Assembly (NCBI GenBank): GCA_015063895.1
Contig: SVTG01000005.1
Span: forward strand, 7,974 to 71,973
Reading direction: 5' to 3'
DNA: 64,000 bases
From: Oscillospiraceae bacterium
Lineage (GTDB): Bacteria > Bacillota > Clostridia > Oscillospirales > CAG-272
Part shown: in pieces, positions 34,257-44,638 of the stretch
Position numbering within the stretch: position 1 is the stretch's first letter
Layout: every line of letters starts with the position of its first letter
Position numbers and translations under genes: made by a program
Notes under the pieces: generated by a model
Seen by the model: the letters and a program-made list of their open reading frames with translations, nothing else
Told to the model about the DNA's origin: nothing
Database searches by the model: none

Positions 34257-35005
34257 TGTCGGTTGCCTATAAGACCGCCGATCTGTTGCGTGCCGCGCGC
34301 GGCAAAAAAAGGCCGCACACCTCCGCCATTATCGTGGCGGCAGGCAATTCAACACGCATGGGAGACGGTGTTTCAAAACAATTTTTAACGCTCGGTGGCA
34401 TTCCCGTGTTGGCGCGCACGCTGCTTGCCTTTGAGGCAACACGGGAAATAGACGAGGTCGTCGTGGTAGCACGTGCCGAGGATCTTTCGGCTGTCAGCGA
34501 CCTCGCCACTGCCAACGGCATCACCAAGCTTGCCGCCGTAGTAGCAGGGGGCGCAACGCGCGCCGAATCGGTTAAGAACGGCTTTTTGCATGTGCATCAT
34601 CTGACAAAATTCGTAGCGATCCACGACGGGGCGCGCTGCCTGGTGACCCCCGATATGATCGAGCGCGTCCTGCACGCGGCAAGACGGCACAAGGCGGCTA
34701 CTGCCGCTTGCACCGTACACGATACCGTAAAGGTAGCAAGTCGCCGCGGCTTTATTGCCAAAACGGTTGATCGCAGCACGGTGTATCTTGCCACCACGCC
34801 GCAGGTCTTCTCTGCCAATCTGTATCGTGCCGCGCTGGAAACCGTGAAGGACGCCGCCTTACTGACCGACGACAATCAACTCATTGAAAAATTGCCCTAT
34901 CCCGTCAAGCTGGTGGATTGCGGCAAGGATAATATTAAGATCACGGAGCCGCGCGATCTGAGGCTGGCGACCTTGATCTTAGAAGAAAGAGAGGGCAAGC
35001 TATGA
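34256..35005 (+). CDS. ispD: 2-C-methyl-D-erythritol 4-phosphate cytidylyltransferase
   Basis: [13 protein letters not shown] and the overall IspD pattern. A 1-nt overlap with rpiB and a 4-nt overlap with ispF. Confidence 0.9.
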   Translation: MSVAYKTADLLRAARGKKRPHTSAIIVAAGNSTRMGDGVSKQFLTLGGIPVLARTLLAFEATREIDEVVVVARAEDLSAVSDLATANGITKLAAVVAGGATRAESVKNGFLHVHHLTKFVAIHDGARCLVTPDMIERVLHAARRHKAATAACTVHDTVKVASRRGFIAKTVDRSTVYLATTPQVFSANLYRAALETVKDAALLTDDNQLIEKLPYPVKLVDCGKDNIKITEPRDLRLATLILEEREGKL

Positions 35006-35475
35006 GGATCGGACACGGCTACGACGTGCACCGTCTTGTGACGGGCAGACGCCTGATTTTAGGCGGTGTTGATATTCCGCATGAAACCGGGCTGCTTGGA
35101 CATTCCGACGCCGACGTGCTGACGCACGCCGTGATGGACGCCCTGCTTGGTGCCGCCGCAATGGGCGACATTGGCAAGCTTTTTCCCGACACCGACGAGC
35201 GCTTTCGCGGCGCTGACAGCCTGCTGCTCGCCCGTGAGGTTGCCAAAAGGCTTGATGCAGCCGGCTGGCGCATTGGCAATATAGACGCCACGGTGCTGAC
35301 AGAAAAGCCGAAGCTGGCGCCCCATATCGGCGCTATGCGCGAAAATCTTGCCAAGGCACTCTCCCTTGACGTTGAGGCAGTCAGCATCAAGGCCACCACC
35401 GAGGAGGGGCTTGGCTTTACGGGTGAGCGCCTTGGCATTGCCGCCCACGCGGTTTGCCTGATCTGTAAAAAATAA
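35002..35475 (+). CDS. ispF: 2-C-methyl-D-erythritol 2,4-cyclodiphosphate synthase
   Basis: [12 protein letters not shown]..., [11 protein letters not shown]. Confidence 0.95.
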   Translation: MRIGHGYDVHRLVTGRRLILGGVDIPHETGLLGHSDADVLTHAVMDALLGAAAMGDIGKLFPDTDERFRGADSLLLAREVAKRLDAAGWRIGNIDATVLTEKPKLAPHIGAMRENLAKALSLDVEAVSIKATTEEGLGFTGERLGIAAHAVCLICKK

Positions 35476-35654
35476 AAATTGCCTGCGCCGCGGCGCAGGC
35501 AACCAGCAAGGGGCAACAAGGCAACTATTCTCCTACTTCCCGCGCACCTTGACCTCCACCCCTGTGCACCGCTTGCGAATTGTAAAAGAGGTGAGCCAAG
35601 CAGGCCTCCCTCATTGTCAAAATATGTCATATTATACGATTAAGTGAGGTACTT

Positions 35655-36308
35655 ATGAAAATTTCTCCTTCTTTGCTTGCCGCAGATTTTGCAAATCTTC
35701 AGGCATCGGTTGCCAAAATTGAGCGCACCGTTGAAATGCTGCACCTTGACGTAATGGACGGCAACTTCGTCCCGAACCTTTCCTTTGGCCCGAACGTGAT
35801 CGAAGCCTTGCGCCCCCATTCCAATCTCTTTTTTGACGTGCATCTGATGATCGAGCGCCCCGAGCGCTATCTTGAGGCCTTCAGAAAAGCGGGTGCTGAC
35901 GGCATCACCATTCATTACGAGAGCACCGAGAACCCTGCCAAGGTGCTGAAGACCATTCGTGCAATGGGTGCATCGCCCGCCATCGCCATTTCACCCGACA
36001 CCAAGCCCGAGGTCCTCTTCCCCCTCCTGCCGCTGTGCGACATGGTGCTGGTGATGACGGTATACCCCGGCTTTGGCGGTCAGAAGCTGATCCCCGCTTG
36101 CCTTGAAAAGGCAACGGTCCTCAAAAACGAGATCGAAAGACAGGGGCTGTCGGTATCCGTACAGGCCGACGGCGGCATTGGTGCCGCTAACCTTGCCGAC
36201 GTACTGAGAGCCGGTATCAACGTAGTAGTGGCCGGCTCTGCCGTATTCGGCGCCGAAAAACCCGAGGAGGCTGTTGCTGCCATGCGCGCAGTAGAAAAGT
36301 CACTGTAA
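35655..36308 (+). CDS. rpe: Ribulose-phosphate 3-epimerase
   Basis: SLLAADF..., HLDVMDGNFVPN, ADGGI. Confidence 0.95.
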   Translation: MKISPSLLAADFANLQASVAKIERTVEMLHLDVMDGNFVPNLSFGPNVIEALRPHSNLFFDVHLMIERPERYLEAFRKAGADGITIHYESTENPAKVLKTIRAMGASPAIAISPDTKPEVLFPLLPLCDMVLVMTVYPGFGGQKLIPACLEKATVLKNEIERQGLSVSVQADGGIGAANLADVLRAGINVVVAGSAVFGAEKPEEAVAAMRAVEKSL

Positions 36309-37486
36309 TGCAGATCTACGAATTAGATAAAAGCGCCGTATTGGGCGTGGAAAGCATGAAAACCGAGGTGGAGGGGGAGGTCAAGCTTCTCATTCGTCTG
36401 CCGGAAAAAACCGAAAATGCAAGCCTTAAGGTGGGAGAAAAGATCTATTATCCCTTCACCAATAAGGAGGAGCCCTACGACAAGCGCTCTCACTGCTTTA
36501 TAATACCCAAGGCCGAGCTGATAGCAAGCCCCCGTCTTGTGCTGCAGGTAACGTCTGTGGCAAAAAAGACCAAGGTCTTTCCGCACGAGGGTGCCACCGC
36601 GACGGTAGAAGCGCTTTATACGCCGGAAACTGAGATGACCGCCAACGATTATTTTGAGGCCACGGACCACGGCTTTGTCCCCGTTGCAAGCAAGGATACC
36701 GACATTGCCGACGGTCTTGTTTACCGCCGCATTACCTGCCGCGACAGGGACGGTGCCCCCCTTGAGCTCTTTTTACTGATCGCCGACCCCAAAAGGATCG
36801 GTTTTACAACAGCGGTGACCGATGACGGATTGCCCCGTCCCGATGAAAACGGTCAGCTCGTCTACCCCATCGGTACGGTACTGGAAAAGGCCGAGCAGGC
36901 AGTTGGCGAGGGGCTGGCGGTACGCGCTGCCACCAACGCCGATTTCTTTGACATTTACGGCGATTTTCACCCCGCGGGCCTTTGTGTGAAAAACGGCAGG
37001 ATCCTTGCCAACCCCGACAGTGACCGCCCCTTTTTCGGCGTTCTGAAGGACGGCACGCCCGTCATCTCCTCACTGGCGCTCCACCCCGAATATAAGGACG
37101 AGCTCGATATGGCCGTATGCGGCTCACATATCGTACTGAAGGACGGTCAGCCCTTTGATCTCGCCTTCCCCGAGCCCTTTTCCGCCTTGCGCGCGCCGCG
37201 TACGTGCGTTGGTCTGCGTCCTGACGGCACCGTGGTGGTGATGGTGAGTGACGGACGCATTCCCACCTACTCGATCGGCACAACGCTGGTAGATCTCGCG
37301 CTCATTATGCGCGGTCTTGGCTGCACCGATATGGTGAACCTTGACGGCGGTGGCTCCTCAACGGTGTTCCTGCGCCCCGAGGGGGAAACGGAATTTAAGC
37401 TTGAAAACCGCCCCGCCGACATAGATCGCCCCAACGATTGCCTCATAAGACCCCTTTACAACGGTATTTTGCTGTACAGTAAATAA
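36308..37486 (+). CDS. Phosphodiester glycosidase family (DUF2233) protein
   Basis: The C-terminal NLDGGGSST motif. The N-terminal ~150 aa are unassigned and no signal peptide is evident. It overlaps the rpe stop by 1 nt. Confidence 0.7.
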   Translation: MQIYELDKSAVLGVESMKTEVEGEVKLLIRLPEKTENASLKVGEKIYYPFTNKEEPYDKRSHCFIIPKAELIASPRLVLQVTSVAKKTKVFPHEGATATVEALYTPETEMTANDYFEATDHGFVPVASKDTDIADGLVYRRITCRDRDGAPLELFLLIADPKRIGFTTAVTDDGLPRPDENGQLVYPIGTVLEKAEQAVGEGLAVRAATNADFFDIYGDFHPAGLCVKNGRILANPDSDRPFFGVLKDGTPVISSLALHPEYKDELDMAVCGSHIVLKDGQPFDLAFPEPFSALRAPRTCVGLRPDGTVVVMVSDGRIPTYSIGTTLVDLALIMRGLGCTDMVNLDGGGSSTVFLRPEGETEFKLENRPADIDRPNDCLIRPLYNGILLYSK

Positions 37487-37489
37487 TCA

Positions 37490-37527
37490 AAAAACGCCTT
37501 GCTGATTTCTATCAGCAAGGCGTTTTT
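37490..37527. terminator. Bidirectional intrinsic terminator
   Basis: aaaaacgccttgctgat-ttct-atcagcaaggcgttttt between convergent genes. Confidence 0.9.
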
Positions 37528-37531
37528 CATT

Positions 37532-38275
37532 TTAAGCCTTCTTTTTGACGATCACGTAGCCCTCGGGATCACCGAACTTGCGCACGTGAGGACATTCGGG
37601 CAGAGCGCGATAACGGGGCGCCACAAAGCGCACAGCGTTGCGAATGACGGTCTGCACCTCAGGAATATGATAAGTCGGGAAGGTCTCGTGCCCCGGCTGG
37701 AAATAGAAGATCTGTCCATTACCGCGCTGGAACAGACACCCGGAGCGGAAGGCTTCACCGCCCGAATAGCTACCCAGGAAAAGAACCTTATCGGGATTGG
37801 GAATCGAAAAGGGCTCACCGTAGGTCTCCTCGCCCGGTAAAAAGATGGCACGGTCGATCCCCTGTGTGATCGGGTGCGAGGGATCGGTCACCCAGACGTG
37901 CTCATAGTCACCGCTTTCGCGCCACGTGAGGTTACAGGGCGTGCCCATCAAAAGCTTAAAGGGCTTGGAATGGTGCGCAGAATGCAGGAAAATAGCACCC
38001 ATACCGCTATGTACGGCATCGCGCACGAGGGCTGCCACCTCATCGGGCACGTATTTGTGCATAATGTGTCCCCACCAGATCAGCACGTCGGTCTCATCAA
38101 GCACCTCCTTTGTGATGCCACAGCTTTCGTCGTCAAGAGTAGCGGTCTTTACCGCAATATCCTCACACTGCAAAAAATCGGCAATAGCCCGATGAATACC
38201 GTTCGGATAAATGGCTGCCACGTTTTCCTTTTCTCTTTCGTGCTTAAACTCGTTCCATACAAGTACGCGGATCAT
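37532..38275 (-). CDS. ThuA-domain (trehalose-utilisation-like) protein
   Basis: MIRVLVWNEFKHE..., IWWGH, and the overall ThuA pattern. Confidence 0.8.
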   Translation of the reverse strand: MIRVLVWNEFKHEREKENVAAIYPNGIHRAIADFLQCEDIAVKTATLDDESCGITKEVLDETDVLIWWGHIMHKYVPDEVAALVRDAVHSGMGAIFLHSAHHSKPFKLLMGTPCNLTWRESGDYEHVWVTDPSHPITQGIDRAIFLPGEETYGEPFSIPNPDKVLFLGSYSGGEAFRSGCLFQRGNGQIFYFQPGHETFPTYHIPEVQTVIRNAVRFVAPRYRALPECPHVRKFGDPEGYVIVKKKA

Positions 38276-38289
38276 ATCTTTTTCTCCTT

Positions 38290-38508
38290 TTACAGTTTGT
38301 CAATATAAGTAAAACGAGGCATACTCTGCCCGTTTTTTGTCACGGTTTCCAAAAACATCAGCGCAGGGCGCACCCACACGGTGCCCTCGCCGTAAAGTGC
38401 GCGGTAGACCACCATATCCTCGGCGGTTTCAGAGTGCTTGGCCACGCAAAGCACCTCATATTCCATACCCTTAAAATGGCGGTAACGCCCAAGCCTTATC
38501 TCTTGCAT
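38290..38508 (-). CDS. DUF1653 domain protein
   Basis: YRHFKGMEYEVLCVAKHSETAEDMVVYRALYG is the DUF1653 core. Confidence 0.8.
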   Translation of the reverse strand: MQEIRLGRYRHFKGMEYEVLCVAKHSETAEDMVVYRALYGEGTVWVRPALMFLETVTKNGQSMPRFTYIDKL

Positions 38509-38509
38509 A

Positions 38510-39370
38510 TCAAACCTTTGCCCCTTGCTTTTCGGCGGCGGTAAAGGTGTTTTTGAGGAGCATGGTGATCGTCATGGGTCCAACACCGCCGGGCACGGGC
38601 GTGATGGCAGATGCCACAGGCTCGACCGAGGCAAAATCCACGTCACCGCAAAGCTTGCCGTCGGTCGGGCGACGGTTCATACCTACGTCGATCACAACGG
38701 CACCCTCTTTTACGTAAGAGGCATCAAAAAACTCGGGCTTGCCGATCGCGGCAACCAAAATATCGGCGCGACGGCAGACCTCCTTTAAATTTTTGGTGCG
38801 ACTGTGACAGACTGTTACAGTGCCGTTTTTCTCAAGCAAAAGCAAAGCCTGGGGCTTGCCTACAATATTGGAGCGCCCCACCACGACGCATTCCTTGCCC
38901 TCGATCTCAACACCGCTACGCTCGAGCAGCGCCATCACACCTGCGGGTGTACAGGGCAAGAAATCGTAATTGCCGATCATAATACGCCCCACGTTATACG
39001 GGTGGAAGGCATCAACGTCCTTTTTCGGGTCGATCGCCAGCAGGATCTTTTCGGCATCAAGGTGACGCGGCAAGGGCAGCTGTACCAAAATACCGTGAAT
39101 GGCAGCATCGTGATTGAGGTCATCGATCAGCGCGAGCAGCGTTGCCTCGTCGGTATCGGCGGGCAGCTCGTATCCGCGCGAATAAAAGCCGACCTCCTCG
39201 CACGCGCGATGCTTATTGCGCACGTAGACCTGTGAAGCAGGATCCTCACCTACGATCACCACGGCAAGACCCGGCGCGTAGCCGTTTACTTTTTGAAACG
39301 TCTTCGTATCAGCTGCGATCTCACGGCGGATCTCAGCGGCAATTTCCTTTCCGTTAATCAGCATTGCCAT
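38510..39370 (-). CDS. folD: Bifunctional methylenetetrahydrofolate dehydrogenase / methenyl-THF cyclohydrolase
   Basis: Lies within ORF 38510-39418. ATG 39370 (MAMLINGKEIA) is preceded by AGGGGGA. Motifs: VGRSNIVGKP, PVPGGVGPMT. Confidence 0.93.
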   Translation of the reverse strand: MAMLINGKEIAAEIRREIAADTKTFQKVNGYAPGLAVVIVGEDPASQVYVRNKHRACEEVGFYSRGYELPADTDEATLLALIDDLNHDAAIHGILVQLPLPRHLDAEKILLAIDPKKDVDAFHPYNVGRIMIGNYDFLPCTPAGVMALLERSGVEIEGKECVVVGRSNIVGKPQALLLLEKNGTVTVCHSRTKNLKEVCRRADILVAAIGKPEFFDASYVKEGAVVIDVGMNRRPTDGKLCGDVDFASVEPVASAITPVPGGVGPMTITMLLKNTFTAAEKQGAKV

Positions 39371-40352
39371 CGTTTTGTTCCCCCTTTTGCTTTTCGTTTT
39401 GCTTGGCAGCATTGGCAATCATGGCATCAATATCGGCGGCCGCCTCTTGCTCGGCCTGCTGCTTCTCACGCGTGCGTGCGCTGATGCCACGGCATTTTTC
39501 ATAAACAGGCTGATATTCGACCGCATCGGCCTCGGCACGCTTTCCTCGCCACAGCAAATACACGATCAATGCCGTGCAGACGGTAAAGCACAAAAAGCCC
39601 ACCACCTGCGAAATGCGGAAGCCGCCAACGTAAAGACTGTCAGTACGCAGACCCTCGATCAGCATACGCCCAAAGCCGTACCACGCCAGATACAGCAGCA
39701 GGATCTGCCCGTTGAACTTCTTTTTCTTATAATAAAGATTGATCAGCACGAAGCCAACGAGGTTCCACAGGCTTTCGTATAAGAACGTGGGGTGATAATA
39801 GACCGTTTCAAGCCCCTCGCGAAGCCCCATACGCAAAAAGAAATTACCCGTGATCTCGGTGCCGTGTGCCTCACCGTTGACAAAATTGCCCCAACGGCCG
39901 ATGATCTGCCCCAGCATGACCCCGGGAGCCACCAAATCACACATTTTTAAAATTTGCGTTTTATTGAATTTTTTAAAATAGCTGACGAGCAAGATGCCGA
40001 CAGCACCGCCAATAATTGAGCCGTAAAGAGCAATACCGCCCTCCCAGATGGCTATGACGTCGTAAAAGCTGGTATAATGCCCCTCGTCAAGCGTTGTCAG
40101 CACGTAATAGGCGCGCGCACCCACGATGGCAAGCACCACCACGACAAGGGCGAAATCCAGGATATCATCGGTTTTAATGCCCTCAAATTTGGCACGGTAA
40201 ACGGCGTACAAAAAGCCTGCCACAATGCCAAGAGTCAGCAAAACACCATACCAGCGCACCTCAATACCGCCAAAAAACGGCAGCGTTACAGCAATCTTGC
40301 TGATCGTCGTTTCACCGATGCCAAGACCGGGAAAAGAAAAAACTGTGTTCAT
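39354..40352 (-). CDS. lgt: Prolipoprotein diacylglyceryl transferase
   Basis: GRWGNFVNGEAHG signature. ATG 40352 (MNTVFSFPG) is preceded by AAGGAG. It has a hydrophilic C-terminal extension of about 60 aa. Confidence 0.9.
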   Translation of the reverse strand: MNTVFSFPGLGIGETTISKIAVTLPFFGGIEVRWYGVLLTLGIVAGFLYAVYRAKFEGIKTDDILDFALVVVVLAIVGARAYYVLTTLDEGHYTSFYDVIAIWEGGIALYGSIIGGAVGILLVSYFKKFNKTQILKMCDLVAPGVMLGQIIGRWGNFVNGEAHGTEITGNFFLRMGLREGLETVYYHPTFLYESLWNLVGFVLINLYYKKKKFNGQILLLYLAWYGFGRMLIEGLRTDSLYVGGFRISQVVGFLCFTVCTALIVYLLWRGKRAEADAVEYQPVYEKCRGISARTREKQQAEQEAAADIDAMIANAAKQNEKQKGEQNDGNAD

Positions 40353-40357
40353 ATTCT

Positions 40358-41632
40358 TCACTCCTTGGGATAGATCACGGAAAGCGTAATGCGCGACGGG
40401 TCAAAGACCTCGTGAAAAAACCGCGCCACGTCTTCAAATTGCAGGCCCTGCAGCACGTCGGCGTAGGAGAAGATGTCTACCCCCTCCACCGCAAAGGAAA
40501 GCAACGTATTGGCAATTTCCTCGGTGCTGTCAAAGCTCTTGATAAATTCGGCGTATTCCACGCGCCTTGCGCGCTCAAAATCCTCGCGGCAAAGCCCTTT
40601 TTGGCGGCACGCGGCAAGATAGTCCATCACACGCGCAAAAACCGTATCCGGCTCCCCTGCCTCGCCTGCGATCTGATAAAAGGCAAAATCACGCGTCAGG
40701 GCGTACTCTGCCGAAAGCCCCGGGGAAATCAGACCCTCGTCAAACAGCGCGCTGTATAGCTCACCCGACTCGGAAAACAGCATTTCACCAAGCACAGCCA
40801 TGGCAGCGTCCTTATAAAGACGGGCCCCGGGATCATCGGGGATATGGGGATCCTTTACGCCGATCATAAACAGGGGCTTTGCCACCTGCCCTGTGCCCGT
40901 CACGCGTGCGGCGCGCACCTCCTGCGGCTCATTTACGGTATGACGAGGCGTTTTCCGCTTGGCGGTGCTTTGGGGCAAGTGCCGATCGGCAAGCGCAAAG
41001 ACCTCCTCGGGTATGACGTCACCGCATACGATCAGCACCATATTAGACAAATGATAAAATTGCTCGTAGGCCCGATACAAAATCTCCGGAGTGATGGCAG
41101 CGATCGATTCAAGCGAACCGCAAATATCAACCTTTACGGGGTGATTGTGATAAAGACCGCTCAGCATATTATAGTAGCACGTATCATAAGGGTTATCGCG
41201 GCACATACGGATCTCCTCCGCGATAATACCCTGCTCTCTTGCCACATTTTCATCGGTAAAATAGGGGTGTGTGACAAAATCAATCAGCTCACCAAAGGAA
41301 TCGGCAAAGCGGTCGGTCGTTGAAAAGAGATACACCGTGCGTGTATGCGAGGTGTAGGCATTGGCATCAGCCCCATATTCGGAAAAACGCTCAAAGGCGT
41401 CGCTTCCATCGGAGGCGGCAAAGAGCTTATGCTCCAAAAAATGCGCAATACCGTCGGGCAGAAGCTGCAGCCCCTCCTCATCCAGTGCATGATCGACAGC
41501 ACCGAAATTGGTGGCGAAAAGCGCATACGAGGTCGTCATTTTTTTCGGGAAAACGTAAATATTCAAGCCGCTTTCATGATGCTTTACGGTATAGGACTCG
41601 CCAAGGAGCGTGCTTTTAAAGCTGTTGATCAT
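40358..41632 (-). CDS. M16-family (pitrilysin/insulinase-like) zinc peptidase, catalytic-type subunit
   Basis: The HxxEH motif is present (AHFLEHKLF). 4-nt overlap with the upstream paralogue. Confidence 0.85.
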   Translation of the reverse strand: MINSFKSTLLGESYTVKHHESGLNIYVFPKKMTTSYALFATNFGAVDHALDEEGLQLLPDGIAHFLEHKLFAASDGSDAFERFSEYGADANAYTSHTRTVYLFSTTDRFADSFGELIDFVTHPYFTDENVAREQGIIAEEIRMCRDNPYDTCYYNMLSGLYHNHPVKVDICGSLESIAAITPEILYRAYEQFYHLSNMVLIVCGDVIPEEVFALADRHLPQSTAKRKTPRHTVNEPQEVRAARVTGTGQVAKPLFMIGVKDPHIPDDPGARLYKDAAMAVLGEMLFSESGELYSALFDEGLISPGLSAEYALTRDFAFYQIAGEAGEPDTVFARVMDYLAACRQKGLCREDFERARRVEYAEFIKSFDSTEEIANTLLSFAVEGVDIFSYADVLQGLQFEDVARFFHEVFDPSRITLSVIYPKE

Positions 41633-42918
41633 TCAAACACCTCCTCCTCGGTATCGGTGCCCTTTAGGAAAAACACGGCGCCGAGCCTGAAGTGCTGTGC
41701 CGCTTCTACCACCTGCTCGCGTGTCACGGCGGCAAGGCGCTCACGCCACTGCTCAATGCCCTCGTCGATCCCGATGTGCGCCCGTGCGGTATAAAAACGC
41801 GCCAATGCCGCAGGGTTATCGAAGACGCCGCGATAGGCACCGGCCGTGGCAAGGGCGGCTGCCTCCATTTCGGTTTTTGAAATATGCCCGTCGCAAATGG
41901 CATCAAATTCCTTCAGCATAGCCTCCTGTGCTGTTTTGCGATTAGAGAGCTTGATGCCGCAATTTGCCATCATAATGCCCTTTTGCAGCTGGTAGGAGGA
42001 GCTGCAATGATAGCAAAGCCCCAGCTTTTCGCGCACGTTCATAAAGAGCTTAGAGGCGGGAGAGCCGCCGTAAATTTCGTTCAAGAGAACCGTAGCCGGG
42101 GCTAAGGGGTGCGTGGCACCCACGTCGGTACGAAAGCCAAGCACCAGCTTGCCCTGCGAGAGCGGCATTTCCTCCTCGCCGTGGCGCGTGGCACCCCGAT
42201 GGGCGCCAACACCTGCAACAAAGGGGGCGGCAGGACCGCCGACCTCGCCAAAGCGCGCCTCCAGCAGCGCGCAAACAGCCTCGGGGGGCGTTGCTCCCAC
42301 ATAGCAAAACAAGGGTGCGATCTCTGCAAGCAGCGCACGGTGACGCGCGGCAAGCGCGGCAGGAGTCAAGGCGTCGATCGTTTGCTCCTCACCGATCAAG
42401 GATAAAGCATAGGGCTCGCCCGCGCAAAGCAGCTCGCGCGCCTTTGTCAGCGCATAGCCGCGCGGATTATTGATAGCCGCGCGAATGGCATCGCGCAAAA
42501 CCCGCTTTTCCCCTTCGACGTATGCCGTGGCATACTGCCCCTCACGATCGGTAAAGGGGCAACACAGCAGCTCGTGCAAAAGTGACACGACCTGCGGCAA
42601 AAGTCCGTTGCCGCCACCGACAAAGCGCGCACCGAGAAAATCGGCAGTCATGGTGATCTGCTGCATTTCGCCAAGACGGCGATTTGACGTAGAAATAGCG
42701 GTAGAATACAGGTCGTCAAGATGGCGATTGAGCGCCGCTTGCGTGGGATAAGTAACGGTGCCACGGCGTGAAAGCGCCAGCAGCATGACGTTTTTCTGCG
42801 CCGTATCCGCACAGATCGGCACGGCAAAGGAAAGCGACAGCAGCTCACTTTTAAAGCGGTCCGTCGGAATATAAATGAGTCGGGCATAGCGGCCGACCGA
42901 AAAATATTGCGGCTTCAC
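41629..42918 (-). CDS. M16-family peptidase homologue lacking HxxEH (non-catalytic partner type)
   Basis: GTG start preceded by GGAGGTG. It has M16 fold-level similarity but no HxxEH in the N-terminal ~80 aa. Confidence 0.75.
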   Translation of the reverse strand: MKPQYFSVGRYARLIYIPTDRFKSELLSLSFAVPICADTAQKNVMLLALSRRGTVTYPTQAALNRHLDDLYSTAISTSNRRLGEMQQITMTADFLGARFVGGGNGLLPQVVSLLHELLCCPFTDREGQYATAYVEGEKRVLRDAIRAAINNPRGYALTKARELLCAGEPYALSLIGEEQTIDALTPAALAARHRALLAEIAPLFCYVGATPPEAVCALLEARFGEVGGPAAPFVAGVGAHRGATRHGEEEMPLSQGKLVLGFRTDVGATHPLAPATVLLNEIYGGSPASKLFMNVREKLGLCYHCSSSYQLQKGIMMANCGIKLSNRKTAQEAMLKEFDAICDGHISKTEMEAAALATAGAYRGVFDNPAALARFYTARAHIGIDEGIEQWRERLAAVTREQVVEAAQHFRLGAVFFLKGTDTEEEVFE

Positions 42919-43000
42919 GGGGCACCTCCTATCTAAAATATTATATATTATTTTACACTATGCCGGAAACAAATGCAAGAGATTTAGTAAAATTTCAAGC

Positions 43001-43026
43001 TATAAACGCAAAAGGCGGCTGAAAAT
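43001..43026 (-). terminator. Intrinsic terminator of the hypothetical anchored-protein gene
   Basis: aaaa-ggcggctga-aaa-tcagccgcc. The minus strand has TTTT after the stem. Confidence 0.7.
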
Positions 43027-43048
43027 TCAGCCGCCCTTCATAAGATGC

Positions 43049-44500
43049 TTATTCCTTTTTGGTCCTTTCCCTCTTTCTTTCACGTGCCTCAAAAGCAAGC
43101 TTGGCAATTACGATCAAAGCGATGCCGACCGTAAACGTAAAAAACTGTAACGGCTCGCGTGGGATTTTATCTGAAGGGCTTTCTTTAGGCAGTTGCGGAT
43201 CTTCGGCGGTGCAAAGGATAAACAGCAGCTCAACATCGGGTAGCCCCATACGCTTTAGGGTATATCCGCTTGATGTTTTTTCAAATTCCCCAAGGGTATC
43301 AGCAATCATATAATACGGTGTATTGATCACTATTTCCAGCTCGCCGAAGCTCTTCCACGTACCTGCGGGTGAAAGCAGATAGGTATATCCGTAAATACGC
43401 GGCGTGTACTTTGCATTCACGGCAGGATAGATCGGCGCTGTGACCTTATTGACGATACGACCCTTTGCAGGTACTGTAATTTCATACTCATACCATTGCA
43501 TCAGACTTTCCAAAAAATTCTCCGCCGAAATCGATATTGTACTTGCACTGGAAAATGATGGAAACGTATATCTGGCATCCTTTCTATCCTCCTGCAACAA
43601 AGTCATCTTTGCATTGTACCAATCCACCTTAGAAACGCCTGTACTCGCTTTCCAATCTTTCAACAAAACCTTCTCAAAGGTCGTTGTGCCCACGCTTAAA
43701 AGCTTTAGATCACCGCCGATTTCTTCACCCTCACTTGAATAAATCTTCATATCAGGCAGGTGCTCCAACGGTTTGCCAACGGCATATATGGTAAACGTGT
43801 TGCCTGCTTTAAAGCTCACCTCGTGCGTATCAGGTAAATACTCAGTGTCAAATTTCGCTGCCGGAACACACAGCCACGTGCTACCATCGCCCACAGCCCA
43901 GGTAGCCTGCACGTAATGCTTGCGATAATACATCACATCCACATCGGTTGTGTAGCGATATATCGTAACTTCCATATCAGGTGCAAAAAAATCATCGGTG
44001 ATATAATTATCATGAATTCTCGAAAGATCAGACAGCACATTTCTACTCTTATCAAGATATATACTGTGACGAATTTGCTTTTCAATTTTTTCACCGTTGA
44101 CGGTGATCACGTGCTTATCGGCATCCACATTGTCTTCGGACTCATAATTCTCATTTTCATAGCTGCGCGCCCCCAGTATGCCAAACGGAAAATAAAGCTT
44201 TGCCGTTACCGTATAATCCGCAGGATTATAAAAGTTATATTCCGCGCTCACCTGCCCCGAATACGCCAAGAATTCCTCTTTTGTCTCATACGACGTCTGA
44301 TACAGCTCCTCAATATCAAAGATAAGCAGCTCGCTTTCCACCTCAACGGGACAAATATCCTCCATTACCGTAGCTCCCATAGCGTCCACACCGCGCCAAT
44401 AGGTCAGTGCGGAATTTGCCGAGATAGGTAGGATAGCGGTGCTGCAGACAAGCAGCAAAATCAGTAAGACAAAAATACTTTTTATCAGTTTGCACTTCAT
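43049..44500 (-). CDS. Hypothetical secreted protein with a C-terminal membrane anchor (483 aa), low-GC gene
   Basis: Signal peptide MKCKLIKSIFVLLILLLVCSTAILPISANSA. A C-terminal TM (LQFFTFTVGIALIVIAKLAF) is followed by a basic tail (RERKRERTKKE). I recognise no family signature. Confidence 0.75.
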   Translation of the reverse strand: MKCKLIKSIFVLLILLLVCSTAILPISANSALTYWRGVDAMGATVMEDICPVEVESELLIFDIEELYQTSYETKEEFLAYSGQVSAEYNFYNPADYTVTAKLYFPFGILGARSYENENYESEDNVDADKHVITVNGEKIEKQIRHSIYLDKSRNVLSDLSRIHDNYITDDFFAPDMEVTIYRYTTDVDVMYYRKHYVQATWAVGDGSTWLCVPAAKFDTEYLPDTHEVSFKAGNTFTIYAVGKPLEHLPDMKIYSSEGEEIGGDLKLLSVGTTTFEKVLLKDWKASTGVSKVDWYNAKMTLLQEDRKDARYTFPSFSSASTISISAENFLESLMQWYEYEITVPAKGRIVNKVTAPIYPAVNAKYTPRIYGYTYLLSPAGTWKSFGELEIVINTPYYMIADTLGEFEKTSSGYTLKRMGLPDVELLFILCTAEDPQLPKESPSDKIPREPLQFFTFTVGIALIVIAKLAFEARERKRERTKKE

Positions 44501-44547
44501 TGCTCTCCCCCCCTTTGCTTTGATAATGACGATGATCTCTTAAATTC

Positions 44548-44576
44548 ATTATATCAACTTTAAGCAATTATGTCAA
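44548..44576 (-). promoter_or_regulatory. Perfect-consensus sigma-A promoter of the hypothetical anchored-protein gene
   Basis: The minus strand reads TTGACA-17 nt-TATAAT (-35 at 44571-44576, -10 at 44548-44553). Confidence 0.7.
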
Positions 44577-44577
44577 G

Positions 44578-44631
44578 AAAAACAGCCGTACGCGGCAGGT
44601 GGCTTCAAGGCCTGCACGGTACGGCGGTTTT
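44578..44631. terminator. Intrinsic terminator of mrp (imperfect long hairpin)
   Basis: aaaacagccgtacgcggcagg-tggcttcaagg-cctgcacggtacggcggtttt. Confidence 0.65.
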
Positions 44632-44638
44632 AATATTG

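Noticed and set aside
35478-35503. The GC hairpin ttgcctgcgcc-gc-ggcgcaggcaa after ispF, considered as its terminator.
   Set aside because: On the plus strand there is no U-tract after the stem; the T-run lies on the opposite strand, where no gene needs it. It may still pause or terminate transcription, but I cannot support calling it a canonical intrinsic terminator.
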